A DNA stretch of 64,000 nt from Octopus vulgaris (lineage: Eukaryota): positions 44,950,001-45,014,000 of the forward strand of contig OX597831.1 of NCBI GenBank assembly GCA_951406725.2, given 5' to 3'. This document shows positions 13,270-26,679 of the stretch, one piece after another (the first letter of the stretch is position 1; each line of letters begins with the position of its first letter). The notes under the pieces are model-generated. The model was not told the DNA's origin. It saw only the letters and a list, made by a program, of their open reading frames with translations, and did not search any database. A program made the position numbers and the translations under genes.

Positions 13270-13346
<77 letters not shown>

Positions 13347-13353
13347 TTATCAC

Positions 13354-13386
<33 letters not shown>

Positions 13387-13487
13387 TATCATCATCATCA
13401 TTATTATTATTATTATTATTATTATTGTTGTTGTTGTTGTTGTTGTTATTATTGTTATTGTTGTTGTTGTTGTTGTTGTTATTATTA
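13229..13487. repeat. Compound trinucleotide microsatellite (ATT/ACT/ATC/GTT)
   Basis: Directly visible. It explains the homopolymeric ORFs at 13163-13666. Confidence 0.95.
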
Positions 13488-14000
13488 AGGTGGCAAGCTG
13501 GCAGAATCGATAGCATGCCGGGCAAAATGCTTTGCAGCATTTCGTCCGTCTCTACGTTCTGAGTCCAAAGTCCGTCGAGGTCCACTTTGCTTTGCATCCT
13601 TAGAGGGTTGATAAAATAAGAACCAGTCGAGCACTGGGATCGATGTAATCGATACAGCCATTCCACCGAACGTGTTGGCCTTTTGGTGGTTTCAGATTAT
13701 AATAATTTGAAACAATATAAGTCAGTTGTTGTGATTTCGTTTGCGTAATATACATAAGCAGAGAGAGTGTATTCCCCTCTCTTGAGGAGGAGCGCCTATT
13801 TGTGAATTTATCGTTATAATTTGTGTATTTAGTTTGATTTTTAATCGTGTGGTATTTATCTTTCTGGGTCGTAATAAATTTATTTTATGTCTTTGTATAA
13901 ATCATTAATTTTTCCAATATATTTGTCTCTGTTCACCATTAAGAACAAGTTAGTTTTCTCACGCTCACACACTAACACACACGCATACACAGACACGCAT

Positions 14001-14066
<66 letters not shown>

Positions 14067-14192
14067 GTACATCCGTACATTCATGGATATGCATATATTT
14101 TTATATATGTGTGTGTCTTCTTCGTACATACCCATAGACACACACGCATACATACAATCATGCACACACATGTACGTATGCAATTTTGTACG

Positions 14193-14266
<74 letters not shown>

Positions 14267-15760
14267 TGTGTGTGTGTGTGTGTATGTATATGTATATGTA
14301 TTATTGGGCAGACAGAGGCATTGTCTATTGACCATTTGAATATATGTCTATATGTCTATATATCTATATCTATCTACACACACATAGACAAACACGTGTG
14401 TCTATGCGTGTGAGCATGCGCGCGCGCGCGCGCGCGTGTGTGTGTGTGTGTCTGTGTCAGAGAAAAGAGAAAGTGAGACAATTATCTTTCTCACTTATCA
14501 CTCAGTGTATATCTAATTAAAAATACGCCAGATTTGCGAATGTGAATATTTCCAGAAACTGCAATGCTACATTGACCGAATTGTATGAAAAATAACAATG
14601 GGAGGCAGAATCAATATGAAAAGCTTTGTCAAATCTAGATTAGCGCTAATTTATTTTGTTTAGTAAGCATTTAAAAAGAAAACTAATAAGAAATACATAT
14701 GTGTTGACGAAAAGACAACACTAACCCAATGACTAATATTTTTTTTAAATTATGAAACTGAAGTAGCTCGAGATAAAAAAAAGATCTTTATTTGTATGAC
14801 ATACTTAGCGTATGTCGTAGAAAAGGTAGCTGTAGAGTGAATCCAAGAAAAGATCCCGTTATAGGTGTGTTGTGTTAAAAACACAATATACTTTAGAACT
14901 AGACGGAACGAAATCACCCCAGAAACGGCTGCGAAAGTGACAAATGTGCTTTTCACTATTTTTGCGGCCTGTCAGTGTCATGCGCTCGTGTGATTTTCGG
15001 CACGAAATCATCCCGGCTACTATGAAGAAGGTAAAGTACGGGAGACAACTCTAGACGTGTTTCAGTTTTTATTAGACCTGCTCAGTGAATTATAGTCTAT
15101 TCTCCATGCACCATATTTTGCTTCAAATACCAACCAAGACAGACTTTCCCTTTCAGCCTTTCGGGGCTGGTACAATAAGTATCTATCAAATATCGGGGGA
15201 AAAGTTTGGGTGTACACATTTCCATATTTTACAGTTTTTACAGATAATTTGCATAATTTAAACCTGAAATGAGCTAAGGACAGAGGTACGTATTTGAAAC
15301 ATTATACAAATAAAGGTATATTTAGTACTATACAAGGTAATTTTTGATTTATTGAAATTTATTTCTACGTCCAGAGAAGGTAAATAATCGCCTGGTAACA
15401 AATGAGATCAGCTCGAATTAAGAAGAGAAGATAATCTTAAGCATAGAGAATTTTCCAAAGTTGACAAGACAACAAGGAGAAGACTCTTTGGCTGGAGACA
15501 CGTGAAACGCCACTGGCAACTATCAGTTATTTCCCTTCGCACATTTTCGTTTAAATCATTGAAATTACTCTGGCCATAATTGTGTGTAACTCATTTTGGT
15601 ATATACGAGGGGCGTTCAATAAGTAATGCCCCTGACCCACTTCCCATAGCAGTAGAGCAACGAAACTTGGCACAGGTATTATTTGATTTTCATTTCATTG
15701 AATTTATCCACTTTTTGTGTATCTAGTACTTGCTTCTTCTTTTAGAGGCCTTTTAATGTA

Positions 15761-15807
<47 letters not shown>

Positions 15808-15808
<1 letters not shown>

Positions 15809-17035
15809 CTGTTTATATGTTTGTACTGTCGTTACCGTCTTGCTTTTTTTTTTTTTTACCCCTCTGCGAAAAGATCTCAGAATTTTAATTGATTTGCTTT
15901 TCGCAGGAAGGAAGTTTTCTTCGAAGTATACGTCTCGCTTTTATCCTTCGAAACGTTTAGTAGATGAAACCTTAGCGACTGAAGAAGGGGATTTTTCGTT
16001 GTGCTTATTGTCCTGTATCTCTCCTTTTTTTGCTTGTCTTGTTCCTTGGTTTGTGTCTATGTTTTTCGTCTCTCTATGTGTTCGACGTCTTTTTGGTGTC
16101 CTGTACATATATATGCGTGTATATGTACATGTAGAGGTAGGTACGTACATATATGTTTATATATATGCATATGTTCTATTTTATTAACATATTATACGAC
16201 TAAACGCACGCACCCTATTAAGTAAGATTGTTCTGTTTATCAAGTTAGCCTTGATATTAACTCTCACGCGACTCTGCATCTTTCTTTCTTTCTCTCCCAT
16301 TCCCTTTTTCGCCTTTTTCCCTCACTTAACTTGTCTCTTCCTCTCTCTCTCCCCCTCACTGTTCTTCATGGTCTCCTCGCACCATTCCCCTTCTTCTCTC
16401 TCTTCCTCTTGCTCCTCCTCCCCATTCCCGTCGTCCATCTGCGACGATACTTCCGTCGTAACTGCTATCCTGTCTTTTCTCGCCCGCCTTCTAAGGCTAC
16501 TGGTCGACATCTTCCTCTCTCGTCGTCCACTATAATCCAGCGTTTGCAATACTTTTTTCGTCTGGCGTTAACAGCCCTTCTTATCTTGTTCTCCTTGTCC
16601 TGTCTCTCACTGTTATATATTTATTTTTCCACTGTTTATATATATATTTTTTACTGTTTATATGTTTGTACTGTCGTTACCGTCTTGCTTTTTTTTTTAC
16701 CCCTCTGCGAAAAGATCTCAGAATTTTAATTGATTTGCTTTTCGCAGGAAGGAAGTTTTCTTCGAAGTATACGTCTCGCTTTTATCCTTCGAAACGTTTA
16801 GTAGATGAAACCTTAGCGACTGAAGAAGGGGATTTTTCGTTGTGCTTATTGTCCTGTATCTCTCCTTTTTTTTTGCTTGTCTTGTTCCTTGGTTTGTGTC
16901 TATGTTTTTCGTCTCTCTATGTGTTCGACGTCTTTTTGGTGTCCTGTACACATATATGCGTGTATATGTACATGTAGAGGTAGGTACGTACATATATGTT
17001 TATATATATGCATATGTTCTATTTTATTAACATAT
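15808..17035 (+). mobile_element. ~385-bp direct repeats flanking a ~450-bp pyrimidine-rich spacer, between TA tracts (PLE-like partial tandem)
   Basis: 15808-16190 is nearly identical to 16653-17035. Confidence 0.7.
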
Positions 17036-17268
17036 ATATATATATATATATATATATGGACGCACACATATGCAGTTTTACGAATGTCAGTAGACCAATA
17101 TTAGAGGAGAGACCTTAACTGTGTCTCCTTTACCCCTACAAACTATTCACATTCTAAAGGTTCGTCACTCTTTAAATCACTTCTCAGTTCATAATGAAGT
17201 TACTGATGAGTTCCTCACTGTATGCGATGAATTCATTTCGTACAGGTGGGCTGTGCGTTCAATTCCGA

Positions 17269-17462
17269 TTAATGGTTACATTGTATAATTTTTTCGATCA
17301 GCGCGCTTGACGGAAAATCGATAGCAATAAAACCAAACCGTTTCTTGGGTTTATTTTCTCTTAAGTATTCCTCGAGTCGACCGTTGATACGACCAGCTAC
17401 GGCATTAGGATGAGCTAGACCGTAGGAATCGCTGGTTCCGCTGGTAAAGGTTACATAAATAA
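17269..17462 (-). CDS. PI-PLC X-domain protein, terminal coding exon 2
   Basis: Acceptor TTTTTTTTCTGTTTGCAG. The phase-1 join gives ...GSS-V-IYVTFTSGTSDSYGLAHPNAVAGRINGRLEEYLRENKPKKRFGFIAIDFPSSALIEKIIQCNH*, supplying the expected YxTFTSG and GxIxxDFP C-terminal motifs. 643+194=837 nt, 278 aa. Confidence 0.9.
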
Positions 17463-17749
17463 CTGCAAACAGAAAAAAAAATACAAGCGGTTATAAATAC
17501 ATCGATATTGTTCATATTTATTGTCGTTGTCGTCGTAAAATAATTTGATATGATTGTTGTTATTTATCCTATGGTGGTAGACGAAGATGAGAAGTCGTGT
17601 GGTTTAGTATTTAAGGTGTTGCACTCCCGATCATCGTTTCGTAAACCGCATTGATAATCATCAGCTTCGACCAATTTGTAGTAGTAGAAATACTCATGGT
17701 ACAGCTAGCACGATAACAAGATCGGTAAATGAAATCAGGATTGCTTTAT

Positions 17750-18851
<1,102 letters not shown>

Positions 18852-18869
18852 ATACATACATACATACAT

Positions 18870-18953
<84 letters not shown>

Positions 18954-19171
18954 ATATGTATATATGTATATATATATGTGTATATGTATATACATATATA
19001 TATATATATGTGTGTGTGTGTGTATGTGTGTGTATAAAAAATTGTGTGCGTGTTTATTTGGTAAAAAAAACTAATAATAAATAAAATGACCATCCCGAAA
19101 TACAACAATATCTGTTTAAACACACGATTTCACATCAAGAATCTTGCAAAATGAATTGATAGAGATATATG

Positions 19172-19263
19172 TAATCAAAATAAGCAACAAGGATATCCAA
19201 GGAAGTGTAGTACAAACGTTTGTACTACACTACCTTGGATATCCTTGTTGCTTATTTTGATTA
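19172..19263. repeat. Near-perfect 92-bp palindrome
   Basis: Centred on AAAC|GTTT (19217/19218), one mismatch. Confidence 0.9.
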
Positions 19264-19382
19264 TAATCACCGCATTTGATTTATATGGATAATACCATAT
19301 CAAATTCTGGTGCCTTTAAGTTAAGTACTATATTCATCTGAACCTATATTTTACTGAACTATATATATATATAAATTAGTAA

Positions 19383-19437
<55 letters not shown>

Positions 19438-19440
<3 letters not shown>

Positions 19441-20185
19441 AAAAGTAAATATATGACAACGAAGTACCGATATTTACTGGAAATAGCGAACGTAATAATA
19501 CGACGCTTATGTATAGCTTCACCGCGTATGTACTAGCAAAAATGCGTGAGTGCAACAAACTTGAAAAAAATGTCTTACCTCCAGGGAGAACATCTGAAAG
19601 ATGAAATACCTAGAAAAGGATAATGTGGGACCGGCGCTGGTTTCAGATTTTTCAAGATATGCCTGCCCACATATACTTGATCTATCTTCATCAGCCAAAC
19701 ATATACCACGACAACATTTCAGATGTTACCACATTAATGCCAATACACTCGACTGAAACGCCGAAACGCTAACAGAACGAGAACGGTGAAGAAGTTTCAA
19801 TAAATTAGTAATGCAATACTAGAGTAAAGAATAGCCAGTAAAGAATAGCCAGTAAATATCGGTACTTCGTTGTGCCATATATTTACTTCTTTGTATATTT
19901 TTCCCTCACGGGCTATTCTTTACTCTAGTATTGCATTACTAATTTATTGAAACTTCTTCACCGTTCTCGTCCTGTTAGCGTTTCGGCTCCGGTCCCACAT
20001 TATCCTTTTCTAGGTATTTCATCTTTCAGATGTTCTCCCTGGAGGTAAGACATTTTTTTCAAGTTTGTTGCACTCACGCATTTTTGCTAGTACATACGCG
20101 GTGAAGCTATACATAAGCGTCGTATTATTACGTTCGCTATTTCCAGTAAATATCGGTACTTCGTTGTGCCATATATTTACTTCGT

Positions 20186-20190
<5 letters not shown>
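19438..20190. mobile_element. Non-coding inverted/permuted repeat element (~417-nt unit) between TA tracts
   Basis: The left arm 19438-19850 is the reverse complement of the right arm. CCAGTAAATATCGGTACTTCG recurs at 19850 and 20143. Confidence 0.8.
19621..19703 (-). ncRNA. Type I hammerhead ribozyme candidate with extended stem II
   Basis: Minus strand reads ATGT-TT-GG CTGATGA AGAT..TCAAG.ATATG..CATAT.CTTGA..ATCT GAAA CC-AGCGCC-GG TC CC-ACAT. Canonical core, GUC triplet. Confidence 0.75.
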
Positions 20191-20247
<57 letters not shown>

Positions 20248-20511
20248 GCAATTAAGGACAACTACTTAATAAGGAAAACTTAACAAGAAATTGTCAGGTA
20301 GATAGCGTGAAAACCTCATAAGAGAAAAAATTTCGAAAATAATTATTTCTTATTGAACATATTAATTTATATATAGAGGGCATTATACATACATGCCGGA
20401 GGGCATTATACATACATGCCACACGCTAAGAGGGACAATTAGTCATTTCTACCAAAAATATTACTAATCCCACCGAATGCAATTTTTCAAAGTAAGACAT
20501 TTAAAAAATAT

Positions 20512-20559
20512 AGACCTGTATCACAGTGATTTCATACTTACGTATTCATCAGCAGGCCT
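20512..20559 (-). ncRNA. Minimal type I hammerhead ribozyme
   Basis: Exact reverse complement of the motif at 20948-20995. Confidence 0.8.
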
Positions 20560-20947
20560 GGATGTATCATAAATAAACGACCCTGCCTCGCTTAAGCCGA
20601 TCAGCTAACTGATCAACATCAACGAAGCACATGGGTGAGTTTACATATATTACATCCGGTAAATGGCAGACTTTTACGAATTGCATTTCGGGAAAGGAAA
20701 AGTTTTTTCGGAATAAAAATTTAGCAATTAAGGACAACTACTTAATAAGGAAAACTTAACAAGAAATTGTCAGGTAGATAGCGTGAAAACCTCATAAGAG
20801 AAAAAATTTCGAAAATAATTATTTCTTATTGAACATATTAATTTATATATAGAGGGCATTATACATACATGCCACACGCTAAGAGGGACAATTAGTCATT
20901 TCTACCACGGCTTAAGCGAGGCAGGGTCGTTTATTTATGATACATCC

Positions 20948-20995
20948 AGGCCTGCTGATGAATACGTAAGTATGAAATCACTGTGATACAGGTCT
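20948..20995 (+). ncRNA. Minimal type I hammerhead ribozyme
   Basis: AGGCCTG CTGATGA ATAC-GTAA-GTAT GAAA TCAC-T-GTGA TA CAGGTCT. Predicted cleavage after 20988. Confidence 0.85.
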
Positions 20996-21423
20996 ATATT
21001 TTTTAAATGTCTTACTTTGAAAAATTGCATTCGGTGGGATTAGTAATATTTTTGGTAGAAATGACTAATTGTCCCTCTTAGCGTGTGGCATGTATGTATA
21101 ATGCCCTCTGGCATGTATGTATAATGCCCTCTATATATAAATTAATATGTTCAATAAGAAATAATTATTTTTGAAATTTTTTCTCTTATGAGGTTTTCAC
21201 GCTATCTACCTGACAATTTCTTGTTAAGTTTTCCTTATTAAGTAGTTGTCCTTAATTGCTAAATTTTTATTCCGAAAAAACTTTTCCTTTCCCGAAATGC
21301 AATTCGTAAAAGTCTGCCATTTACCGGATGTAATATATGTAAACTCACCCATGTGCTTCGTTGATGTTGATCAGTTAGCTGATCGGCTTAAGCGAGGCAG
21401 GGTCGTTTATTTATGATACATCC

Positions 21424-21471
21424 AGGCCTGCTGATGAATACGTAAGTATGAAATCACTGTGATACAGGTCT
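21424..21471 (+). ncRNA. Minimal type I hammerhead ribozyme (second tandem copy)
   Basis: Identical motif 476 nt downstream. Predicted cleavage after 21464. Confidence 0.85.
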
Positions 21472-21616
21472 ATATTTTTTTAATGTCTTACTTTGAAAAA
21501 TTGCATTCGGTGGGATTAGTAATATTTTTGGTAGAAATGACTAATTGTCCCTCTTAGCGTGTGGCATGTATGTATAATGCCCTCTGGCATGTATGTATAA
21601 TGCCCTCTATATATAA

Positions 21617-21650
<34 letters not shown>

Positions 21651-21701
21651 CAGTAAAATATAGGTTCAGATGAATATGGTACTTAACTTAAAGGCACCAG
21701 A

Positions 21702-22878
21702 ATAGTGATGCTGTTGACATCGTTTTACTGGACTTTGCCAAAGCTTTTGACTCGGTAAACCACCGCCTATTGCTTGTCAAGCTTCAAGCATATAGTTTCC
21801 ATCCGGATATTGTACGATGGGTTGGTGCCTTCCTCTCAGATCGCTCCTTCCAAGTCCAAGTTAATGGTTCGCGGTCCGACGTCTGCAGTGCGAGCAGTGG
21901 CGTGCCTCAAGGTTCAGTGCTTGGGCCCTTGTTGTTCTTAGTCTTCATAAATGACTTGCCCGACGACCTCACGCAACACACCCTTCTATTTGCCGACGAT
22001 ATCAAACTGGTCGTTCCTCGCGGTAATATAGAGGATCTTCGTCGATGCCTCCACCAAATTTGGAAGTGGTCTAACAATTGGGACCTGTGTCTGAACGTGT
22101 CAAAGTGCTGTCATCTGCCTGTCGGCTCTACTCCTGCAACTCAACTTGATTTCGAGCCGGGTCGTCTGCTGCTGGAGAGGACCGATCAGGTAAAGGACCT
22201 AGGTATCTTGGTGGATTCCTCCTTTTCGCCTTCGGCCCAGTGCGTCCATGCTGCCAACAAAGCACGCGGAATTCTGTTCTTGATTCGACGGTCATTCGGA
22301 ATGCTCACAGCAGCCATATTCCTACCACTCTATGTCACGCTGGTGAGACCCATATTGGAGTATGGGATTCAAGCCTCTTCTCCTTATCTCCTCAAAGACA
22401 TACAGCATCTCGAAAGAGTCCAGAAGCTGGCTACCCGCATGGTTCATGGTCTCAAAAATTTGTCCTACGAAGAAAGGCTGAGGACGCTCGACCTTTATTC
22501 TCTTGAAAAACGCCGCCGCCGTGGTGATCTCATTCTCGCCCACAACATCATAAGCGGAAAGTGTAACCTCTCGAAAGAGCTGTTCTTCACTCCTGCTCCA
22601 GAGCGTCGGCTGCGGGGTCATTCCGAAAAGCTCTACCTGCGACGATTTCATCTCAATCGAAGGAGAGGAGCTTTCTCCGTCCGGGTTGCGGATCCGTGGA
22701 ACAAGCTGCCAGACGAGATGGTGAAGATGCCGACGACCGCTTTGTTCAAAGCCTCCCTTGGCCTCAAGTGGCCTGAACTCTTTACATGAACACCACCCTG
22801 TACTTAACTCCATGTCCCCCTACATGGCCTTGCTATTTGCTTTTGAGCCAAATTAACTAACTAATTTAACTAACTAAC
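21702..22878 (+). mobile_element. 5'-truncated copy of the CR1-group LINE
   Basis: Matches 4724-5896 with only a handful of visible substitutions and has the same TAAC tail. Confidence 0.95.
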
Positions 22879-22926
22879 ATATATATATGTATATACATAT
22901 ACACATATATATGCATATATACATAT

Positions 22927-23000
<74 letters not shown>

Positions 23001-23071
23001 ATATATATATGTATGTATATATATATATATATATGTGTGTGTGTATGTATGTATGTATGTATGTATGTATG

Positions 23072-23111
<40 letters not shown>

Positions 23112-23117
23112 TATAAA

Positions 23118-23416
23118 TGGAGGCACAATGGCCCAGTGTTAGGGCAGCGGACTCGCGGTCGTAGGATCTCGGTTTCGATTCCCAGACTGGGCGTTGTGAG
23201 TGTATATTGAGCGGAAACGCCTAAAAGCTCCACGAGGCTCCGGCAAGGAGGGGGTTGATCGCTGCTGTACTCTTTCACCACTCTTTCTCCCACTCTTTCT
23301 TCTGTTGGCCTGCTCGCTTAGCCAGCGGGGTGGCGTCATTCGAAGGCTAAAACAATGCGAACGCATCGTGACCAGCGATGTGTAACAACGTATGATGGTC
23401 TGGTCGGTCACGTGAT

Positions 23417-23420
<4 letters not shown>
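23118..23420 (+). mobile_element. tRNA-derived SINE, third family (relatives on - at ~35880-36175 and ~53995-54340)
   Basis: GGAGGCACAATGGCCCAGTGTTAGGGCAGCGGACTCGCGGTCGTAGGATC..GGTTTCGATTCC tRNA-like head. Confidence 0.75.
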
Positions 23421-23454
<34 letters not shown>

Positions 23455-23456
<2 letters not shown>

Positions 23457-24420
23457 TAAACGAAAGACGGAAGATGGAATATACGAGAATTTTTATTGCT
23501 AATCACAATTGTTTCGATCCCTCACGGGTGGGATATTTAACATCTGTTTCAGGAGCATCCGGCAGTGCAGGTGTATCTCAACGGGTGATAAATAGATACT
23601 CGTTAAAATAACAATTCTGCAAATATCTTCTCATTTAGTAGGAAGAAAAGCAGCAGAACGAAGGAAATATCTCCATTTATACAGAAGATCAAATATAAAA
23701 GTATCGAAAATAACCGTTAACAGACATGGATGTATAAACGACTTCGCGCAAGTTGTATGGCGCGTGCCGACATCGGACATGTCCCTAATCTTCTCAGAGA
23801 AGACTAAAAATCTATGTAGGATAGACACTCACACTTTATGACAGGCTGTTAGGAAACAATATTTCACAGAACTATAGGCACACTTCCCCACATACATACA
23901 ACGTCAACAGTGAAGTCACACAACTAGCCGACGATTTAAATCCGAGCAAACACATACTGAGGAACATCAACAACATAAGGAGAACCACCAATGTCTCCCT
24001 ATGGCGTAGTACCAATGAGGTGGTTGCAGGGTTTAATACCAACAAGGGGAGAGGCAGAACGAGGTTCACTAAGTTCTACAAAGTTGATTTTTATCCGTCT
24101 ATATTTGAAGGGTTACTGATCAAAGACCTTTCCTTCGCTAGGGGCTTCACTGACATTAGCGACAGGGATATAGTTGTCATGCATGTCAGAAAAACAGCGC
24201 TGTTCAATAAAGGTTCGGCCTGGGTCAAGCAATCCGACCCCGTGAGCTCTTTTGACGTAGCGATGGGGCTTATGACAGCGCTGATGTATGCAACCTCATC
24301 GATTTGGATATCCTCGTTGCCCTTAAGAAGTTCCCCTCTGTTCTCTTTGGTCTCTACAAGGATGACGCCCTAGCCATCTCTAGAGGAACCAACGGGTACA
24401 TCCTAGATAGGCTTAGGAAA
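23455..24420 (+). mobile_element. Penelope-like (Naiad-type) RT fragment with inverted terminal repeat at its 5' side
   Basis: LWRSTNEVV..F..VDFYPSI..SFDVAMG, then frameshifted AYDSADVC..GLYKDDALAI. 23455-23830 is an inverted relative of 18350-18740. Confidence 0.8.
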
Positions 24421-24628
24421 GAGTGGGGCTACATTTCATACCGGGTCTATTAACAGCTTTGTTAGGGGCCAGAAATAGGGCACAGTACGATAGGTACTAC
24501 ACCAATTGTAACTACTGTTGCTGAATTGTAGATACCTGGAAATATGCACTTTAGAGTACAATGGGTATGATACCATGCAGTAGGTACTCTGCAGTAGTTA
24601 GTAAAGGCATTAGTAAAATCCAACTTAC

Positions 24629-25271
24629 CGGAACTTCCCTTGTCCTCGCCGGAAGTGTCAAGCTGACGTTTGACATGCTGCCATTTATCTCCTATATGTG
24701 ATTCCAGAAGTGTAGGCACATTCCAGTGATCCTCAATTGAGAACAAACCACCTTCGTAATTCAGTCCATACGCGGATCCCGGGAAATCTTTCAAAATAAC
24801 AATTTTGCCACGGATATTTCCAAGAATGGGAATAGAAGAGAAGGAACTCGAAATTCGACCATCCTTGATATATTGTTGAATATAGACTTTGAGCGTTTCT
24901 TCAAAGGAACGGTTATTTTCAGCCGGCTCATATTCCTCTTTAATACGCATAAAGATCGTCTCCCTGGGGTATTCTGTTAAAAAGCGAAGGGTGTCACTCA
25001 GAACCATGTGAAGATTAGCATGTTGATATTTCATTCCGTGATGTATAGGTAGCCCGTTTTCAAAATGCCGACAACGAATATCTAAGAAACGTATGCCTCC
25101 CAATAGCTGTGGATATAACTCCCAGCATTGACACGCTATGAGGGTTCCGCCGTAAAAAGACATTGTGTTGTGTGTGCCTGGCACGGTTAAGTGTGCTACA
25201 GACGTTTGATCTGAGAGTTTCGACATCCAGTTGGGGAAATTGGTTTCGGGTTCACTGGAACCGGAGCCCAT
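24629..25271 (-). CDS. PI-specific phospholipase C X-domain protein (Bacillus-type PI-PLC fold), coding exon 1
   Basis: Motifs NWMS..L, VPGTHNT (catalytic His), GIRFLDIR, IHHG (second His), RIKEEY and RGKIV. Similarity stops at a canonical donor G|GTAAGT (exon ends 24629, phase 1). The last ~55 aa of the ORF-track protein are intron read-through. Confidence 0.9.
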
Positions 25272-25845
25272 GAATGGGAACGTGATGCTCCTTTCCCTGT
25301 AGTCTCCCTAGTCTATAACCAACCGGAAACCGGAGCCAATTGATATATGTATGAAGATGATGTTTCGACACAAGAGTACAAAGTGAGTGCCACAACTACA
25401 CTGCTGAACTGCAATGGATGCACTCATTAACAGCGATAAAATGTTCTTTTTATTTCTTTTTCTTTATATTATTTTCCCCTCCAATTGATTTTCAACTTGT
25501 GACTATTAAAACACAAACGTGCGATGTGAACCGGTTGTCATCCCTTGGAATAGTGACGGTGTTAAGGTTTTGCTCATTTAGATAAGAGTCTGTGCGTTCT
25601 ATTGGAATTTTCTAATATATCGTTGCTATGAATCACAGCCTCATTAGGAATCCACTTGTCCGCTTTTAACATTGAACAGAACAGAATGAAGCCAAAACAT
25701 CAGAACCTAGTTTCGACGTCAGTTCGCCTTTCTCGCATGTCTTCCCTGTAACCAAAATAAAAAAAAGAATATATCATCCTCGTACATCGTAGCTTTGACA
25801 GATTTGACAGGAGAGTCAAGGAAAACACGCGCGCGCACTCACACG

Positions 25846-25885
<40 letters not shown>

Positions 25886-25916
25886 TATGTATGCATGCAA
25901 GCATGTATATGTATGA

Positions 25917-26310
25917 AGGCGGCGAGCTGGCAGAAACGTTAGCGTGCCGAGCGAAATGCTTAGTGGTATTTCGTCTGCCGCTACGTTCTGAGTTCAAATT
26001 CCGCCGAGGTCGACTTGGCCTTTCATCCTTTCGGGGTCGATTAAATAAGTACCAGTTACGCACTGGGGGTCTATGAAATCAACTTAATCCGTTTGTCTGT
26101 CCTTGTTTGTCCCCTATGTGTTTAGCCCTTTGTGGCTAGTAAAGAAATAGGTATTTTGCCTGCCGTTACGTTCTGAGTTCAAATTCCGCCGAGGTCGACT
26201 TTGCCTTTCATCCTTTCGGGGTCGATTAAATAAGTACCAGTTACGCACTGGAGGTCTATGTAATCGACTTAATCCGTTTGTCTGTCCTTGTTTGTCCCCT
26301 ATGTGTTTAG
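25917..26310 (+). mobile_element. tRNA-derived SINE, second family (also ~9970, 13488, 43720, 48740-49380, 56260)
   Basis: GGCGAGCTGGCAGAA..GAGTTCAAATTCCGCCGAGGTCGAC..AAGTACCAG, with an internal duplication. Confidence 0.8.
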
Positions 26311-26679
26311 AAATTGTAATTTCCCCACTCCTCACACCAATTTAAAAAATTTATCACTTATTCGAAATGGTTTTTTAATCCACGCAGATAAATACGGAGA
26401 TTACGAACCTGGAAAAAAGTTTTTGAATTTGAATTTGAATTTTTCTTTGGAAACACCTTATACTCACTTCCCAACTTCCCGCTATCAAAAAGCTAAAAAT
26501 TCCGTATGCTTTACGTCTGAAACAGCAGACGAAAATATATTAAACAATCAGAAAACTCGATTAGCTAGAAACAATGGCTAAATGTCTAGAAGATATTTTT
26601 TCCTCTCATTTAACGACCCTTTTTTTAAAAAAAAAGATAAACGACGTAATCACCCGCATTTTTTCAGTTATTTTATATA

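Larger units (their letters stand above)
20245..21617. mobile_element. Retrozyme-like non-coding element: 476-bp unit as ~1.4 copies (-) joined to ~1.5 copies (+)
   Basis: Period 476 on both arms (20245/20721 and 20948/21424). Inversion junction at ~20907/20908; both outer ends lie in (TA)n. Confidence 0.85.

Noticed and set aside
11840-14413. ORFs rich in YI, CV, HT, LS or homopolymers (here and throughout the window)
   Set aside because: These are translations of di-, tri- and tetranucleotide microsatellites.
16251-16729. Acidic or Ser/Leu-rich protein ORFs
   Set aside because: Low-complexity pyrimidine-rich spacer inside a repeat element, with no domain evidence.
17195-17260. Hammerhead or SECIS near CTGATGA
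   Set aside because: No GAAA/stem III. It lies antisense in the presumed PI-PLC 3' UTR, and the CDS has no in-frame TGA.
23118-23190. tRNA gene
   Set aside because: The tRNA-like head continues into a SINE body that is repeated elsewhere in the window.
24462-24628. C-terminal 55 aa of the 269-aa ORF as real protein
   Set aside because: It follows a canonical GTAAGT donor and lacks PI-PLC motifs. The true C-terminus is at 17269-17462.
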